Numbered from the stretch's first letter, positions 1-9,798 are shown. The stretch is DNA of 42,811 bases from Culicoidibacterales bacterium (GCA_051649665.1 JBOFHN010000085.1:1-42811), one strand, 5' to 3'. Numbers and translations: made by a program. Notes: a model not told the origin generated them from the sequence alone.

Positions 1-852
1 CCTAGCGGCTGTGTTGGAGAAGCATGGTGTATTTCCGGACATGAGGCAGGAAGTACAGTTATTACAGGTGGAGAATATGATGGAATGACATTAAGAAAAT
101 TATATGAGCAACAACGCCAATTATTTGCAAATGATCCAAATGTTGAATTCCCACTTCTTGTGAAAATACTAGATGCGCAGCAAGATTTATCGATTCAAAT
201 CCATCCAGATAACCTATATGCTCAGAAATATGAGAAGAGTTATGGAAAAACAGAATGCTGGTATGTGCTTGATTCAGAGGCACAAACAAATTTAATTCTT
301 GGCCATAATGGTGATAAAAGTGCTGTTCTGAAAGCGATGGAAACAAAAGAATGGAATGATATATTAAGATATCATCCTATTCAAAGGGGAGACTTCTTTT
401 TTGTCCCTGCAGGGACGATTCATGCTATTTGTAAAGGGAGTATTATTTATGAAGTACAACAGTCATCGGATGTAACATATCGAATGTACGATTATGATAG
501 ACTAGAAAATGGTAAATTACGCGAACTTCATGAACAAAAAGCAATTGATGTATTAAAGCCATTTGATATTATGAATACTCGTACTTCAAAAATGCTATTT
601 AAAAATGACTATATAGAACAACACCAATTGGTAGATAGTGATTATTTTGAGGTAGAACACTATATTTTCAAAAAAGGTCAGAGGATAGCAGTGAAAAATG
701 ATAGTTATTTACTATGTAGTGTATTTTATGGAACATTTATTATAAATGGCGAAAATTTTGAACATGGAAATCATTTTATTTGTACAAGTCAATATAGTCA
801 GATGAATGTTGAAGGAGAAGGAGAACTTTTTATTACAAGAGCAAAAATTTAA
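1..852 (+). CDS. manA: mannose-6-phosphate isomerase, class I (5' end off-window)
   Basis: Frame 1 is open from base 1 (PSGCVGEAWCISGHEAGSTV... precedes the track Met at 85), so the gene starts left of the window. Cupin-type PMI motifs are visible: QIHPD, ECWYVL, VPAGTIHA. Confidence 0.85.
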   Translation, partial: PSGCVGEAWCISGHEAGSTVITGGEYDGMTLRKLYEQQRQLFANDPNVEFPLLVKILDAQQDLSIQIHPDNLYAQKYEKSYGKTECWYVLDSEAQTNLILGHNGDKSAVLKAMETKEWNDILRYHPIQRGDFFFVPAGTIHAICKGSIIYEVQQSSDVTYRMYDYDRLENGKLRELHEQKAIDVLKPFDIMNTRTSKMLFKNDYIEQHQLVDSDYFEVEHYIFKKGQRIAVKNDSYLLCSVFYGTFIINGENFEHGNHFICTSQYSQMNVEGEGELFITRAKI

Positions 853-867
853 AAAGAAGGTGCTAAA

Positions 868-1995
868 ATGAAATATGTTATCGCATGTGATTCGTTTAAA
901 GGATCAATTACATCAAGTGAAGCAAATGAGTTGATAAAAAATACAATACAAGAAGTATCTAAATATAATCCAGATATTTATACTTATCAGCTTTCAGATG
1001 GTGGAGAAGGTTTTCTTAATACAGTTCAACAATATTATACAGGTGGGGATATTCATTCTCTAAAAGTACATAATGCAATCGGTCAAATGATAGAAGTAAA
1101 ATACTATTGTAAAAATTACATAGCTTATATTGAATCTGCAGAAGCAATTGGCATTGAAAAAGTAAATGGACAATTAGATATTACCAAAGCAACAAGTTAC
1201 GGTTTAGGTGAAATTTTGGAAGATGCATATCAAAAAGGTATTCGAAATTTTGTTGTTGGACTTGGTGGTAGTGCTACATCAGATATGGGTCTTGGAGTAC
1301 TTCAGGCTTTAGGATGTGTATTGAAAGATGAGCAAGGAAAAGTGCTCGATAAAATGCAAAATAATCAATTTCATACGTATGTAATCATTAAAAGTGCTTT
1401 GTTTGAAAAAATTCAGTCTTGTACGTTCACGATTATTAATGATGTTGAAGGGACACTTCTTGGTCCAAATGGAGCAGCAATGATGTTCTCAAAACAAAAA
1501 GGTGCAACAAGTATTCAACAAAAAAAATTAGAGGAAAAAGCAAGGAAAATAGTAGATTTGTATAATGAATTAGGAGGAGAAGATAAAAGAAATTCCTGTG
1601 CAACGGCAGCAGCAGGAGGGTTAGGATATTTCTTCCAGAGTCTATTTCAATCAGAAAACAAAATGGGCAGTCATTGGTTTATGGAATGTTCAGGTATTAA
1701 AAAAGTCATGACCAAAGATGCGATTCTTATCACAGGAGAAGGAAGTATCGATGAGCAAACACTTCAAGGGAAAGGTCCGGGGGTGATTGCCGGAGTTGCG
1801 AAAAAACAAGGACTATTTGTTATTGGGGTTGCTGGAAAGATATTTCAAAAAGAAGGAGAGGAGAATAGCACTTTTGATGCATTATTTTCAATTCAAAGTG
1901 AACCACGTTCATTAACAGAAGCAATGGAAAGAGAAGTAACACAAAAACAATTACGTTTTACGATAAGACAGTTGATAGCATTGATTGAACGTTAA
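868..1995 (+). CDS. glxK: glycerate kinase
   Basis: The N-terminus MKYVIACDSFKGS plus GLGGSATSDMGLG and ITGEGSIDEQTLQGKGP are glycerate kinase family signatures. An SD (GAAGGTG) sits just upstream of the ATG. Confidence 0.85.
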   Translation: MKYVIACDSFKGSITSSEANELIKNTIQEVSKYNPDIYTYQLSDGGEGFLNTVQQYYTGGDIHSLKVHNAIGQMIEVKYYCKNYIAYIESAEAIGIEKVNGQLDITKATSYGLGEILEDAYQKGIRNFVVGLGGSATSDMGLGVLQALGCVLKDEQGKVLDKMQNNQFHTYVIIKSALFEKIQSCTFTIINDVEGTLLGPNGAAMMFSKQKGATSIQQKKLEEKARKIVDLYNELGGEDKRNSCATAAAGGLGYFFQSLFQSENKMGSHWFMECSGIKKVMTKDAILITGEGSIDEQTLQGKGPGVIAGVAKKQGLFVIGVAGKIFQKEGEENSTFDALFSIQSEPRSLTEAMEREVTQKQLRFTIRQLIALIER

Positions 1996-2065
1996 GGATT
2001 AAGCTATAGAATAATTTTTGAAAGTTGTGTATACAATCAATGCGAATTTAAACACAAACACAAAT

Positions 2066-2113
2066 AAAACGCTAAAGTACATACTGAAAGACAGTGTAGA
2101 CATTAGCGTTTTT
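2066..2113 (+). terminator. probable intrinsic terminator after glycerate kinase
   Basis: AAAACGCTAA (2066..2075) pairs with TTAGCGTTTT (2103..2112), followed by a short T run. The loop is unusually long (about 27 nt). Confidence 0.45.
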
Positions 2114-2211
2114 AAATTTCTTTTTTTGGAAACTATAATGCATATTTTAACACTTTCGAAAATAATCGTGATAGAGTCGATGTATATTTAATATTTAGGA
2201 GTGTGAAAATA

Positions 2212-3561
2212 ATGAATTATCAATTTGATGTTATCTTTATCGGAAGTGGTCATGCAGCATGGCATGGTGCAATGGCGTTGAGTCAAAATGGAAAGCGTGT
2301 TGCGATTGTCGATGGCGATTTGATTGGAGGAACATGTACGAATTATGGATGTGATGCTAAAATTTTACTTGATGGACCATCAGAACTCAACGAACAAGTT
2401 GCTCGTTATGGTGATGTAGCTTTTACTGGTGAAATGAAAATGAACTGGGAAAGTTTAATGGCATATAAGCATGCTGTTATTACACCTTTACCAAATATGT
2501 TGCGCGGACATATTGAACAAGCTGGGATTCAAGTAATCGATGGATTTGCATCGTTTATTGATAACCATACATTAAGAGTTGGCGAAAATGAAATTACAAG
2601 TGAGACGATTGTTATTGCAACAGGTCAAAAAAACAATCGCTTAAATATTCCAGGTAATGAATTAATGACTGATAGCCGTCAATTTTTATCAATCCCAACA
2701 TTACCAAAATCAATTGTATTTGTTGGTGGAGGAGTTATTTCACTTGAATTTGCATCACTGCTTATTCCTTATGGTGTAAAAATCAGTGTTGTTGAATATG
2801 GAGATACTGTTCTTCGTGAATTTAATGGAGAACATGTACAAATGATGATGAAAAAACTCGAAGATGAAGGGGTACAATTTATATTAAATGCATCAGCTGA
2901 ACGTGTTGAAAAAGAAGGAGAGATGCTTACGCTTCATTATAATAAAACAAATTCAGTGAGCGCGGAAATGATTTTAGATGCAACAGGTCGTATAGCGAAT
3001 ATTGAAACCCTTGGACTTGAGAATGTTGGTATTGAACATGACCGTGGTGGAATTATTGTAAATGGGCATATGCAAACAAATGTTTCAAATGTTTTTGCTA
3101 GTGGTGATGTAGTAAGTAAAACCATTGCTCGTTTAACACCAACAGCGACATTTGAATCAAAATATATTGCTCGTTATTTACTTGGTGAAACAAGTGATAT
3201 CATTTCATATCCAGTAGTACCGATGGTTGTCTTTACACTCCCACGCATTGCTCGTGTTGGAGTAAGTGAGAAAGTTGCACTTGAAAATACAGATATGTAT
3301 CATGTTATTCCAGTACCTTATGGTCAACTTCTTGCTTTCCAAATGAAAAATGAACTTGATGCGACAATGAAGTTGATTGTTGACAACAAAAAGCAACTTG
3401 TTGGTGCAGAAATCATTGGTCAAGATGCAGGTGAAGTAATCAATATCCTTGCGATGGTGATTGAACTTGGATTAAGTGGACAACAAATTCAACAATTGAT
3501 TTATGCATTCCCAACACAAGTTGGATCAATTATGAATATTGTGACACGTGTGTTGTCGTAA
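2212..3561 (+). CDS. class I FAD-dependent pyridine nucleotide-disulfide oxidoreductase (glutathione reductase / dihydrolipoamide dehydrogenase-like)
   Basis: GxGxxA FAD fold (IGSGHAAWH), redox-active GGTCTNYGCDAK (CxxxxC), a second dinucleotide fold (VGGGVISLEFA), and a C-terminal dimerisation region. I moved the start to ATG 2212 because AGGAG at 2197..2201 is 10 nt upstream, whereas the track GTG at 2203 is only 1 nt from the SD. Confidence 0.8.
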   Translation: MNYQFDVIFIGSGHAAWHGAMALSQNGKRVAIVDGDLIGGTCTNYGCDAKILLDGPSELNEQVARYGDVAFTGEMKMNWESLMAYKHAVITPLPNMLRGHIEQAGIQVIDGFASFIDNHTLRVGENEITSETIVIATGQKNNRLNIPGNELMTDSRQFLSIPTLPKSIVFVGGGVISLEFASLLIPYGVKISVVEYGDTVLREFNGEHVQMMMKKLEDEGVQFILNASAERVEKEGEMLTLHYNKTNSVSAEMILDATGRIANIETLGLENVGIEHDRGGIIVNGHMQTNVSNVFASGDVVSKTIARLTPTATFESKYIARYLLGETSDIISYPVVPMVVFTLPRIARVGVSEKVALENTDMYHVIPVPYGQLLAFQMKNELDATMKLIVDNKKQLVGAEIIGQDAGEVINILAMVIELGLSGQQIQQLIYAFPTQVGSIMNIVTRVLS

Positions 3562-3570
3562 TATAATATT

Positions 3571-3606
3571 AAAATCCTCCTCAGAATTTTCTGCGGAGGA
3601 TTTTTA
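3571..3606 (+). terminator. intrinsic terminator
   Basis: AAAATCCTCC (3571..3580) and GGAGGATTTT (3595..3604) form a GC-containing stem, followed by a T run. Confidence 0.7.
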
Positions 3607-3712
3607 AATTTTCAATAATACATTTAATATACTATAATTAAACGATATGATTAAAACTAAAATTCATTTTAAATTCACATACGTACGTATAATAAAATAT
3701 GAGGAGGATATA

Positions 3713-4390
3713 ATGAATATATTATTACTTGAAGATGAAAAGATTATTCGCGATGTTATTTTAGAGTATATGCATGAATCGGGATTTGATGCTGATTGTG
3801 CAAGTAATGCGAAAGAAGCGCTTATGTATTTAGAAACACGACCTTATGATGTTGCAATTCTTGATATTATGCTTCCAGGAGAACAAAGTGGGCTTGATGT
3901 TTTGAAGTGGATTCGATCACAAAATATGCAGATACCAGTTATTATGCTTAGCGCATTGAGTGATGAAAAGACCCAAGTTGAAGCATTTGATTACACAGCT
4001 GATGATTATGTGACAAAGCCGTTTTCGCCACAACTTTTACTTAAACGTATGGAAGCAGCAATTCGTCGATATCGCACACTCTCGAATATCACAACAGATA
4101 CATATGGAAAAGATGGTCTTGAACTTGTTGAGGATGCGTATCAATTTTTCTATCGAGGAAAATCACTGGAGTTAACATTGACCGAATTTTTAATTTTAAA
4201 TACACTTTATCAAAATCAAAAAATGATTTTTACACGAGATCATTTACTTGATGTGATATATCGTGAAGATGAGTTTCCAAATGATCGTATTATTGATGCC
4301 CATATTAAAAATATTCGTAAAAAACTACCAATTGATGTGATTCATACATGTAAAGGAATCGGTTATAGATACGAGGTGAAACAGGGATGA
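3713..4390 (+). CDS. OmpR-family response regulator
   Basis: Receiver domain (LLLEDE, phospho-acceptor context AILDIMLPG, KPF) plus a winged-helix C-terminus (LTLTEFLILNTL... GIGYRY). The start is set at ATG 3713, directly after GAGGAGGA. The track's N-terminal extension has no SD. Confidence 0.9.
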   Translation: MNILLLEDEKIIRDVILEYMHESGFDADCASNAKEALMYLETRPYDVAILDIMLPGEQSGLDVLKWIRSQNMQIPVIMLSALSDEKTQVEAFDYTADDYVTKPFSPQLLLKRMEAAIRRYRTLSNITTDTYGKDGLELVEDAYQFFYRGKSLELTLTEFLILNTLYQNQKMIFTRDHLLDVIYREDEFPNDRIIDAHIKNIRKKLPIDVIHTCKGIGYRYEVKQG

Positions 4391-5961
4391 AACTTTCACG
4401 AAAGATATTTTTATACAGTGGAATTTTAATGGCTTTTTTTATGATTTCTTGGTTTACTTATATGTTTATCATGCTTCCATCACTTTACCGTGCACAGGTT
4501 TTATCTGAACGACAAAATAACGTGAAGGAAATTTTATTGGCACATCAAACAAGAGAAACGTGTCAAATTGAAAGAAGTGATAGTGCGTATGAAAGCGTGT
4601 TTATGCCAAAAACAGGTTCGACTGTATATTTGTGTGGGACTTATGGAAAACAGTCGGTTGCTATCAAATCTGATAAATTGAAGGAATCACTTGGAAAATT
4701 ACAACAATTAGATAAAATTGATGATAATATGAAACAAGTATTTACAGAAGTAAAACAAGATGGGATTATGAAAGAAATTCGCGACTCACTTGTATTGCAT
4801 AATCAATATGTTGATATTGGTGTAGAAAGTGGGTTTATTAATACTATTTCTGAGGAACAAGGTGAATATGATGTCAAAATTATTGATAAGAATATTATGA
4901 TTCTGACAGCAACAGTAAAAGCAAAATCAAGTGGTTATTATGCCAATATCATAGGTGTTACAATCACAGATAAAGGAATGATGATGACGCTTGCGCCTTC
5001 AATCATTTCAGATACAGCATCACTTATTCCAACTATTACACAAAGCATACCAATGTTTCTCGTACTCTTTATTTTATTACTTTTTATTTCAACACTCCTG
5101 TTTTTAAGACAACTGGCGCGACCAATAGAAATGATTGCGAAAAGAGCGGATGATTTAAAACATGGAAATGATACACAACCTGTTCAATATAAAGGCAATG
5201 ATGCTATTAAACAACTATCAAATGCTGTTGATGAAATGTATCAGGAAATACATGATAATTACCAGCAGATGAAATTGAAAAATGATGCACTTCAAAAGGA
5301 AAAAGAGCGTCAACGTGCTTTCTTACTCGCCACATCACATGAACTGAAAACACCTGTTGCAACAAGTCGATTGCTTGTCAATAGTATGATTGAAAAGGTC
5401 GGTAAATATAAGGATACAGAGCGTTATTTACCAGAAGTAAGAGACGAGTTGATACGCATGCAACATAGTGTGATGAATATGCTTGATGCTTATGAAACAG
5501 TGACTGCCTCAGAAGAAGAAGTATCAGCTTATAGTGTATTTACGAAGGTGTGTAAGAAATACCAATATTTGTTTAATGAAAAGGATTTGGAAATAGTCTA
5601 TGAAATAGATGAAACTATAATACTTCATACAAGTAGTAAGCTCTTATTTACAATTTTTGATAATATGATATCAAATGCATATCGATATGCTGATGCACAT
5701 ACAGAAATTAATGTTGTAATTTCTAAACATGCACTTACTGTTTTTAATCGCTGTAAACCAATAGCCGAAGAAGTCATTCAAGCACTAGGAAAAGGAAAGA
5801 TTGATTCTCAAAATGAGGAAGGACATGGTCTTGGTATTTATTTAATATATCAATACTGTCGAATACTTGGAATGGAAATGAATGTTCAAAATATTCATGG
5901 GGGTGTAGAACAAATTTTACATTTTAATCGAATTGGAGATGATAATAATGTTAGCAGTTGA
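4387..5961 (+). CDS. sensor histidine kinase (two TM segments, roughly 180-aa extracytoplasmic loop, HAMP, HisKA, HATPase)
   Basis: H-box ATSHELKTPVA, N-box DNMISNAYRYA and G-box EGHGLGIYL are present. The start overlaps the response regulator stop (ATGA), so the two genes are translationally coupled. Confidence 0.85.
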   Translation: MKLSRKIFLYSGILMAFFMISWFTYMFIMLPSLYRAQVLSERQNNVKEILLAHQTRETCQIERSDSAYESVFMPKTGSTVYLCGTYGKQSVAIKSDKLKESLGKLQQLDKIDDNMKQVFTEVKQDGIMKEIRDSLVLHNQYVDIGVESGFINTISEEQGEYDVKIIDKNIMILTATVKAKSSGYYANIIGVTITDKGMMMTLAPSIISDTASLIPTITQSIPMFLVLFILLLFISTLLFLRQLARPIEMIAKRADDLKHGNDTQPVQYKGNDAIKQLSNAVDEMYQEIHDNYQQMKLKNDALQKEKERQRAFLLATSHELKTPVATSRLLVNSMIEKVGKYKDTERYLPEVRDELIRMQHSVMNMLDAYETVTASEEEVSAYSVFTKVCKKYQYLFNEKDLEIVYEIDETIILHTSSKLLFTIFDNMISNAYRYADAHTEINVVISKHALTVFNRCKPIAEEVIQALGKGKIDSQNEEGHGLGIYLIYQYCRILGMEMNVQNIHGGVEQILHFNRIGDDNNVSS

Positions 5962-6832
5962 AAAGATGAAAGTGCACTATGATAAGCACTGTGCCTTAAA
6001 TATTGACGAACGAATCACGATTGAAAAAGGAGATCGATTAGCTGTTATTGGTACAAACGGTGCAGGGAAATCAACGTTTGTTAAAGCGTGTCTTGGAATA
6101 ACACCGTATACAGGATCAATTCAAACAAAATTAAAGCCAGAAGATATGGCAGTGCATTTTCAGGAAAATGCATATTCAGAACGAGTTAGTATTAAAATAC
6201 TTATTGAAACCATTTTAAATACAAACATTAAAGAAAATGAAAAATTAGCTGATTTGATTCACTTTTTTGAATTTGAACCCCATCTTAAAAAGCGTTTTAA
6301 ACAGTTGTCAGGTGGAGAAAAGCAACGATTAACATTGATTTTAGTACTTATGCAAGATACACCTTTGACATTTTTTGATGAAGTAACATCAGGTCTTGAT
6401 TTTGAAACACGAATGAATTTAATGCGAAAAATTTATACATATTATGAAAACAAAGATGCATCAATCGTTTTAATATCGCATTATTATGAAGAAATTGAAG
6501 CATTGGCAAATAAAATATTACTCCTTGAAAAAGGAGAAGTTGTTTGCTATGGTGAGCCGAAGGCACTATTTCAAAAGTATTGTGGAAGATCTGTTTATGT
6601 TATATCAAAAGAGCAAAGTGAAAATTTAGATTTAAGTTTATTTAAACGATTAGAGGCACCGGCACATTTAATTGCGATTTCTTCATATGATGAACAAGAG
6701 GAAAATCAAATCGCACAGTATCTCATTCAAAATCACGTCAACTTTAAACGAAGTGAACAAGATGTTGAGTTACTTGCATATAATGCAAGACGTGTGTTTT
6801 TAATGAGAAAAGGAGTTGATATGTATGTATAA
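5948..6832 (+). CDS. ABC transporter ATP-binding protein
   Basis: Walker A GTNGAGKST, signature LSGGEKQR, Walker B LTFFDEVTSGLD. The start is set at ATG 5948 (GGAG at 5935..5938, 9-nt spacer) and overlaps the HK 3' end. Confidence 0.85.
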   Translation: MLAVEKMKVHYDKHCALNIDERITIEKGDRLAVIGTNGAGKSTFVKACLGITPYTGSIQTKLKPEDMAVHFQENAYSERVSIKILIETILNTNIKENEKLADLIHFFEFEPHLKKRFKQLSGGEKQRLTLILVLMQDTPLTFFDEVTSGLDFETRMNLMRKIYTYYENKDASIVLISHYYEEIEALANKILLLEKGEVVCYGEPKALFQKYCGRSVYVISKEQSENLDLSLFKRLEAPAHLIAISSYDEQEENQIAQYLIQNHVNFKRSEQDVELLAYNARRVFLMRKGVDMYV

Positions 6833-7583
6833 ACGTCTTGTCAAATATGAAATGGAGCAATTGATTCGAGGTGTATTCACACCAGTATTCGGGATTTTAT
6901 TTCCAATTTTTATGCTTGTTATTTTAAGTAAGAGTGCACTATCTGATGTACCTGCAATAGAATATGATGCGGTCCTTGTTTCTGTGTTTACCACACTTGT
7001 TCAAATTGTTCCACTCTCAGTTGGTTTTATAGGATTTACAGCAATTTATGCACAAGAACTTGAACAGAAAATACCATTTCGATTATGCATGTTTGGTATA
7101 AAAGAAAGTCAAATGCTCGTTGGGAAAGTCATTACACTCATATTTGTGTTTACAATTGGATATATCGCTTATACTTTGGTTGCGATATATGGTGTAAATG
7201 TTCCGAATATAACGCTTTGGAATTTACTTATTATGTATGCTTTCTTAACATTTGAAATGATCGGATTCATCATTCTTGGATATACAATTGCAGTGTATTT
7301 TAAAAAATTTGGTCAAGCATATACTGTTGTCACGGTTCTTTATTTTATTATTATGTTTGCAAGCGGTATGATGGGGATGAGAGAAAGCAGTATGCCAGAT
7401 ATTATGCAAAAGATTATTCGCTTCTTCCCATTTTCATACATATCGTTTGATCTGTATAAAATATTTTTGAATCAGTCATATAATTACATGCCACTCATTC
7501 AATCAATGCTATTCTTTATCGGGTTATCGATTGTACTGTGTGCACTCGTAATTCGATTTAAAGGGACAAAAAATGAAGCGTAA
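6825..7583 (+). CDS. ABC-2-type transporter permease (about 6 TM)
   Basis: Polytopic hydrophobic protein that overlaps the ATPase stop. AGGAG at 6811..6815 lies 9 nt before ATG 6825. There is no specific substrate signature. Confidence 0.7.
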   Translation: MYKRLVKYEMEQLIRGVFTPVFGILFPIFMLVILSKSALSDVPAIEYDAVLVSVFTTLVQIVPLSVGFIGFTAIYAQELEQKIPFRLCMFGIKESQMLVGKVITLIFVFTIGYIAYTLVAIYGVNVPNITLWNLLIMYAFLTFEMIGFIILGYTIAVYFKKFGQAYTVVTVLYFIIMFASGMMGMRESSMPDIMQKIIRFFPFSYISFDLYKIFLNQSYNYMPLIQSMLFFIGLSIVLCALVIRFKGTKNEA

Positions 7584-7606
7584 AAGTGTTCTTTGAACAC
7601 TTTTTT
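7583..7606 (+). terminator. intrinsic terminator
   Basis: AAAGTGTTC-ttt-GAACACTTT followed by TTT, immediately after the permease stop. Confidence 0.7.
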
Positions 7607-7708
7607 AATTTCATGAAATTCAATAATTTCACATTATTCCTCGAAAAATAACGGTCTTTAAAATGCTATAATCATTTGAATAGATAAGGTGAATTTTATA
7701 AGGAGAAA

Positions 7709-8695
7709 ATGATGAAAAAACATGAATTTACAAAAAAAGTTGAAAAATTGATTGATCCGATTGAAGTAGGAACAATTCACTTTATGCAATCATATATGAA
7801 ATACATTCCACTGAAGTTTCAAAATAAAATGATGCGTCACGGTGCGAAAAAAAGTCCACATATGGGATTTGTTGTGGAGCCATATAGTTTTTTTCTTTGC
7901 TATGAAGTAAACGATGTATCAATAGCAAATCAGATGTTACCAGATGGATACAGAATGACACGTGTAAAAATATTCGCTGAAGATGCTGAAGAAAAATATT
8001 ACTGTATATTTGGCTGTTTTAATGTCCATACGAGTGCGTTTTTAGGATCGAGAATGGAATGTTCTTTCATTGCTGAAAACAAAAAAACAGGTCTGGTGAG
8101 TTGGGTCATTGTTGACTACGATACAAATACTGTCTGTTTTGATGAGCAACATGGATTACGTGCAGGAAATACAGATCATTGTATTATTACAACAGACTAT
8201 AATGGAACTGTTATCGTCGATATTAAAGGAACAAGAGAACTTCAATTGAGTAGTGATATAACAAATGGTAATATACGAAACCTTGATGCATGTTTGTGGT
8301 TAGAAGGAAATTTCTCTGTGACATATGGGCGAGAACTTTCAAATAATCAAGATACTTCATTTGCGGTCATTTTCAATCCGAAAGAAGTAGAAAAAGCATT
8401 AGATATTCCAATTGAAAATGTATGCATTGATACAAATAATTGGTATTCAGATATTATAGATTTCAAACCTTGCTATGCTGTTTGTTTTCCTTACGCACAA
8501 CATTTTTTAGCTGATAGTCCTGGATATTCAAGCAGCATAAAAAATGCGGATGAACTTTTAGATATTGTGGAGAAAATGAATTTAAAATCAGTACCAAAAT
8601 ACTCAAGTCAATCACTAAAAAAAGCAATGCAATTCGGTCAAATTATTTCACTATTTGTGATTTTGTTACTCCTATTTTTACTTGTGATAAAGTGA
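7709..8695 (+). CDS. hypothetical protein, C-terminal TM anchor, Cys-rich soluble domain
   Basis: 328-aa ORF with AGGAG at 7701..7705; the start may be the second ATG at 7712. There is no N-terminal signal peptide. The single hydrophobic helix is at the extreme C-terminus (IISLFVILLLLFLLVI). I recognise no family motif. Confidence 0.6.
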   Translation: MMKKHEFTKKVEKLIDPIEVGTIHFMQSYMKYIPLKFQNKMMRHGAKKSPHMGFVVEPYSFFLCYEVNDVSIANQMLPDGYRMTRVKIFAEDAEEKYYCIFGCFNVHTSAFLGSRMECSFIAENKKTGLVSWVIVDYDTNTVCFDEQHGLRAGNTDHCIITTDYNGTVIVDIKGTRELQLSSDITNGNIRNLDACLWLEGNFSVTYGRELSNNQDTSFAVIFNPKEVEKALDIPIENVCIDTNNWYSDIIDFKPCYAVCFPYAQHFLADSPGYSSSIKNADELLDIVEKMNLKSVPKYSSQSLKKAMQFGQIISLFVILLLLFLLVIK

Positions 8696-8840
8696 TGAAA
8701 TAAAAAGATTAACACCCTATAATAAGTACATGTATAAAAAAACAGTGAAAAATGTATAAAAATATAAATAAAAAAACCTTCGCTTTTAAACATATTGTTG
8801 TAACGAAAGAGGAATGTTGATTTTTCTTGTTATGTATGCG

Positions 8841-8869
8841 TTGACAATGAATATACTTAAATGTAAAAT
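8841..8869 (+). promoter_or_regulatory. sigma-A-type promoter for the Rgg/ComR-like regulator
   Basis: TTGACA (8841..8846), a 17-nt spacer, then TAAAAT (8864..8869). This lies about 40 nt upstream of ATG 8908. Confidence 0.55.
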
Positions 8870-8907
8870 TGGAACAGGAACAAATACTGCTTATAAGGTG
8901 CGATATA

Positions 8908-9798
8908 ATGGATATAGAAAAATTAGGATGTAATATACGTTTATTGCGAGAAGGGAAAGGTCTAACAAGAGAGCAATTTTGTGAAGGAGAAAATGAACTT
9001 TCAGTTCGTCAATTGATGCGGATTGAAAAAGGGGAATCAACACCAACGCTTGCTAAATTGGTTTTTATAGCAGGCAAATTAGGAATAAGTGTGACAGCGT
9101 TATTTAATGAGAGTGAAAGCATGAGTGTGATACCTCAGCAATACTGGAATTTAAAGTATGAAATTGAGAAGCATAATATTTTTGATGATAGTGAAAAAGA
9201 TAAAAGATTGGCTATTTTGATGGAAATGTACGATTACTACTATGATGAATTACCTTCAGATGAACAATTATTTGTGGATTGTATGATGACCCTTAATGAT
9301 TTATATGAGGCAAGCGATATTTATTTTTTAATACCAGTATTAAGTAAGTATAAATATGTTTTGGATAGAGATGTGTTTCAAGCAAATGAATTGGCATATT
9401 TATCAATATATTTTATCTTCCAAATTGAAACGAGAAATTGGGTAATGAAAAATGATGATCTTATAGAACGGATTTTAACCCAATCTGTGTATGCTGATAG
9501 TATTACAAATGAAATTGCGATTAGAGTGTATATTAATATTATTACATATTGTATAACTAAAGAAGATTATAGAAAAGCTATTGAAGTTGCAGAAGCATCA
9601 GTTCATTTTATAAATTTGTGTAAATCATATCAAAGGATGCCAATTGTATATATGATGTTAGCTAAGAGTTATATAGGCTTAAAAGAATTTGATAAAGGAA
9701 TTATATTTTATCAAAAGGCTTTAGATTTGGCAGAGTTAATTCAATCTGAATCACTGCAGTCAAAAATTCGAAGCGAAAAAGACAACGATGTCCTGTGA
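8908..9798 (+). CDS. Rgg/ComR-like RRNPP-family transcriptional regulator (XRE HTH plus helical-repeat peptide-binding domain)
   Basis: The N-terminal HTH reads LTREQFCEGENELSVRQLMRIEKGESTPTLAKLVFIAGKLGISVTALF, followed by about 230 aa of helical repeats. The ELxVRQLxRIEKGESxPxL string and the later ...YYYDELPSDEQLF... resemble what I recall of streptococcal ComR more than Rgg2/3 (SQISRFERGES). The start is moved to ATG 8908 (AAGGTG at 8895..8900, 7-nt spacer). The track's TTG at 8869 lies inside the -10 hexamer. Confidence 0.8.
   Translation: MDIEKLGCNIRLLREGKGLTREQFCEGENELSVRQLMRIEKGESTPTLAKLVFIAGKLGISVTALFNESESMSVIPQQYWNLKYEIEKHNIFDDSEKDKRLAILMEMYDYYYDELPSDEQLFVDCMMTLNDLYEASDIYFLIPVLSKYKYVLDRDVFQANELAYLSIYFIFQIETRNWVMKNDDLIERILTQSVYADSITNEIAIRVYINIITYCITKEDYRKAIEVAEASVHFINLCKSYQRMPIVYMMLAKSYIGLKEFDKGIIFYQKALDLAELIQSESLQSKIRSEKDNDVL

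Noticed and set aside
62-346. Minus-strand 94-aa ORF at the left edge.
   Set aside because: It lies entirely antisense to the well-supported manA frame. It has no SD and a low-complexity His/Leu-rich translation, so I treat it as a shadow ORF.
3647-3712. N-terminal extensions proposed by the ORF track. These are 3647 for the RR, 8869 for the regulator, 23029 for gltX, 21672 for the AraC gene, 16044 for the ABC ATPase, and 12994, 19232, 28278, 37825 and 39872 for other genes.
   Set aside because: In each case an internal ATG or GTG has a properly spaced SD and gives the canonical family N-terminus. The longer versions start at unsupported codons, often inside promoters or the preceding gene.
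8814-8933. 39-codon ORF (MLIFLVMYALTMNILKCKIGTGTNTAYKVRYNGYRKIRM) upstream of and overlapping the regulator start, considered as a possible SHP-like peptide gene.
   Set aside because: Its ATG directly abuts the only SD-like sequence (AAAGAGGA), leaving essentially no spacer. The regulator's own TTGACA/TAAAAT promoter lies inside it. Its polar C-terminus is the opposite of SHP/XIP architecture.
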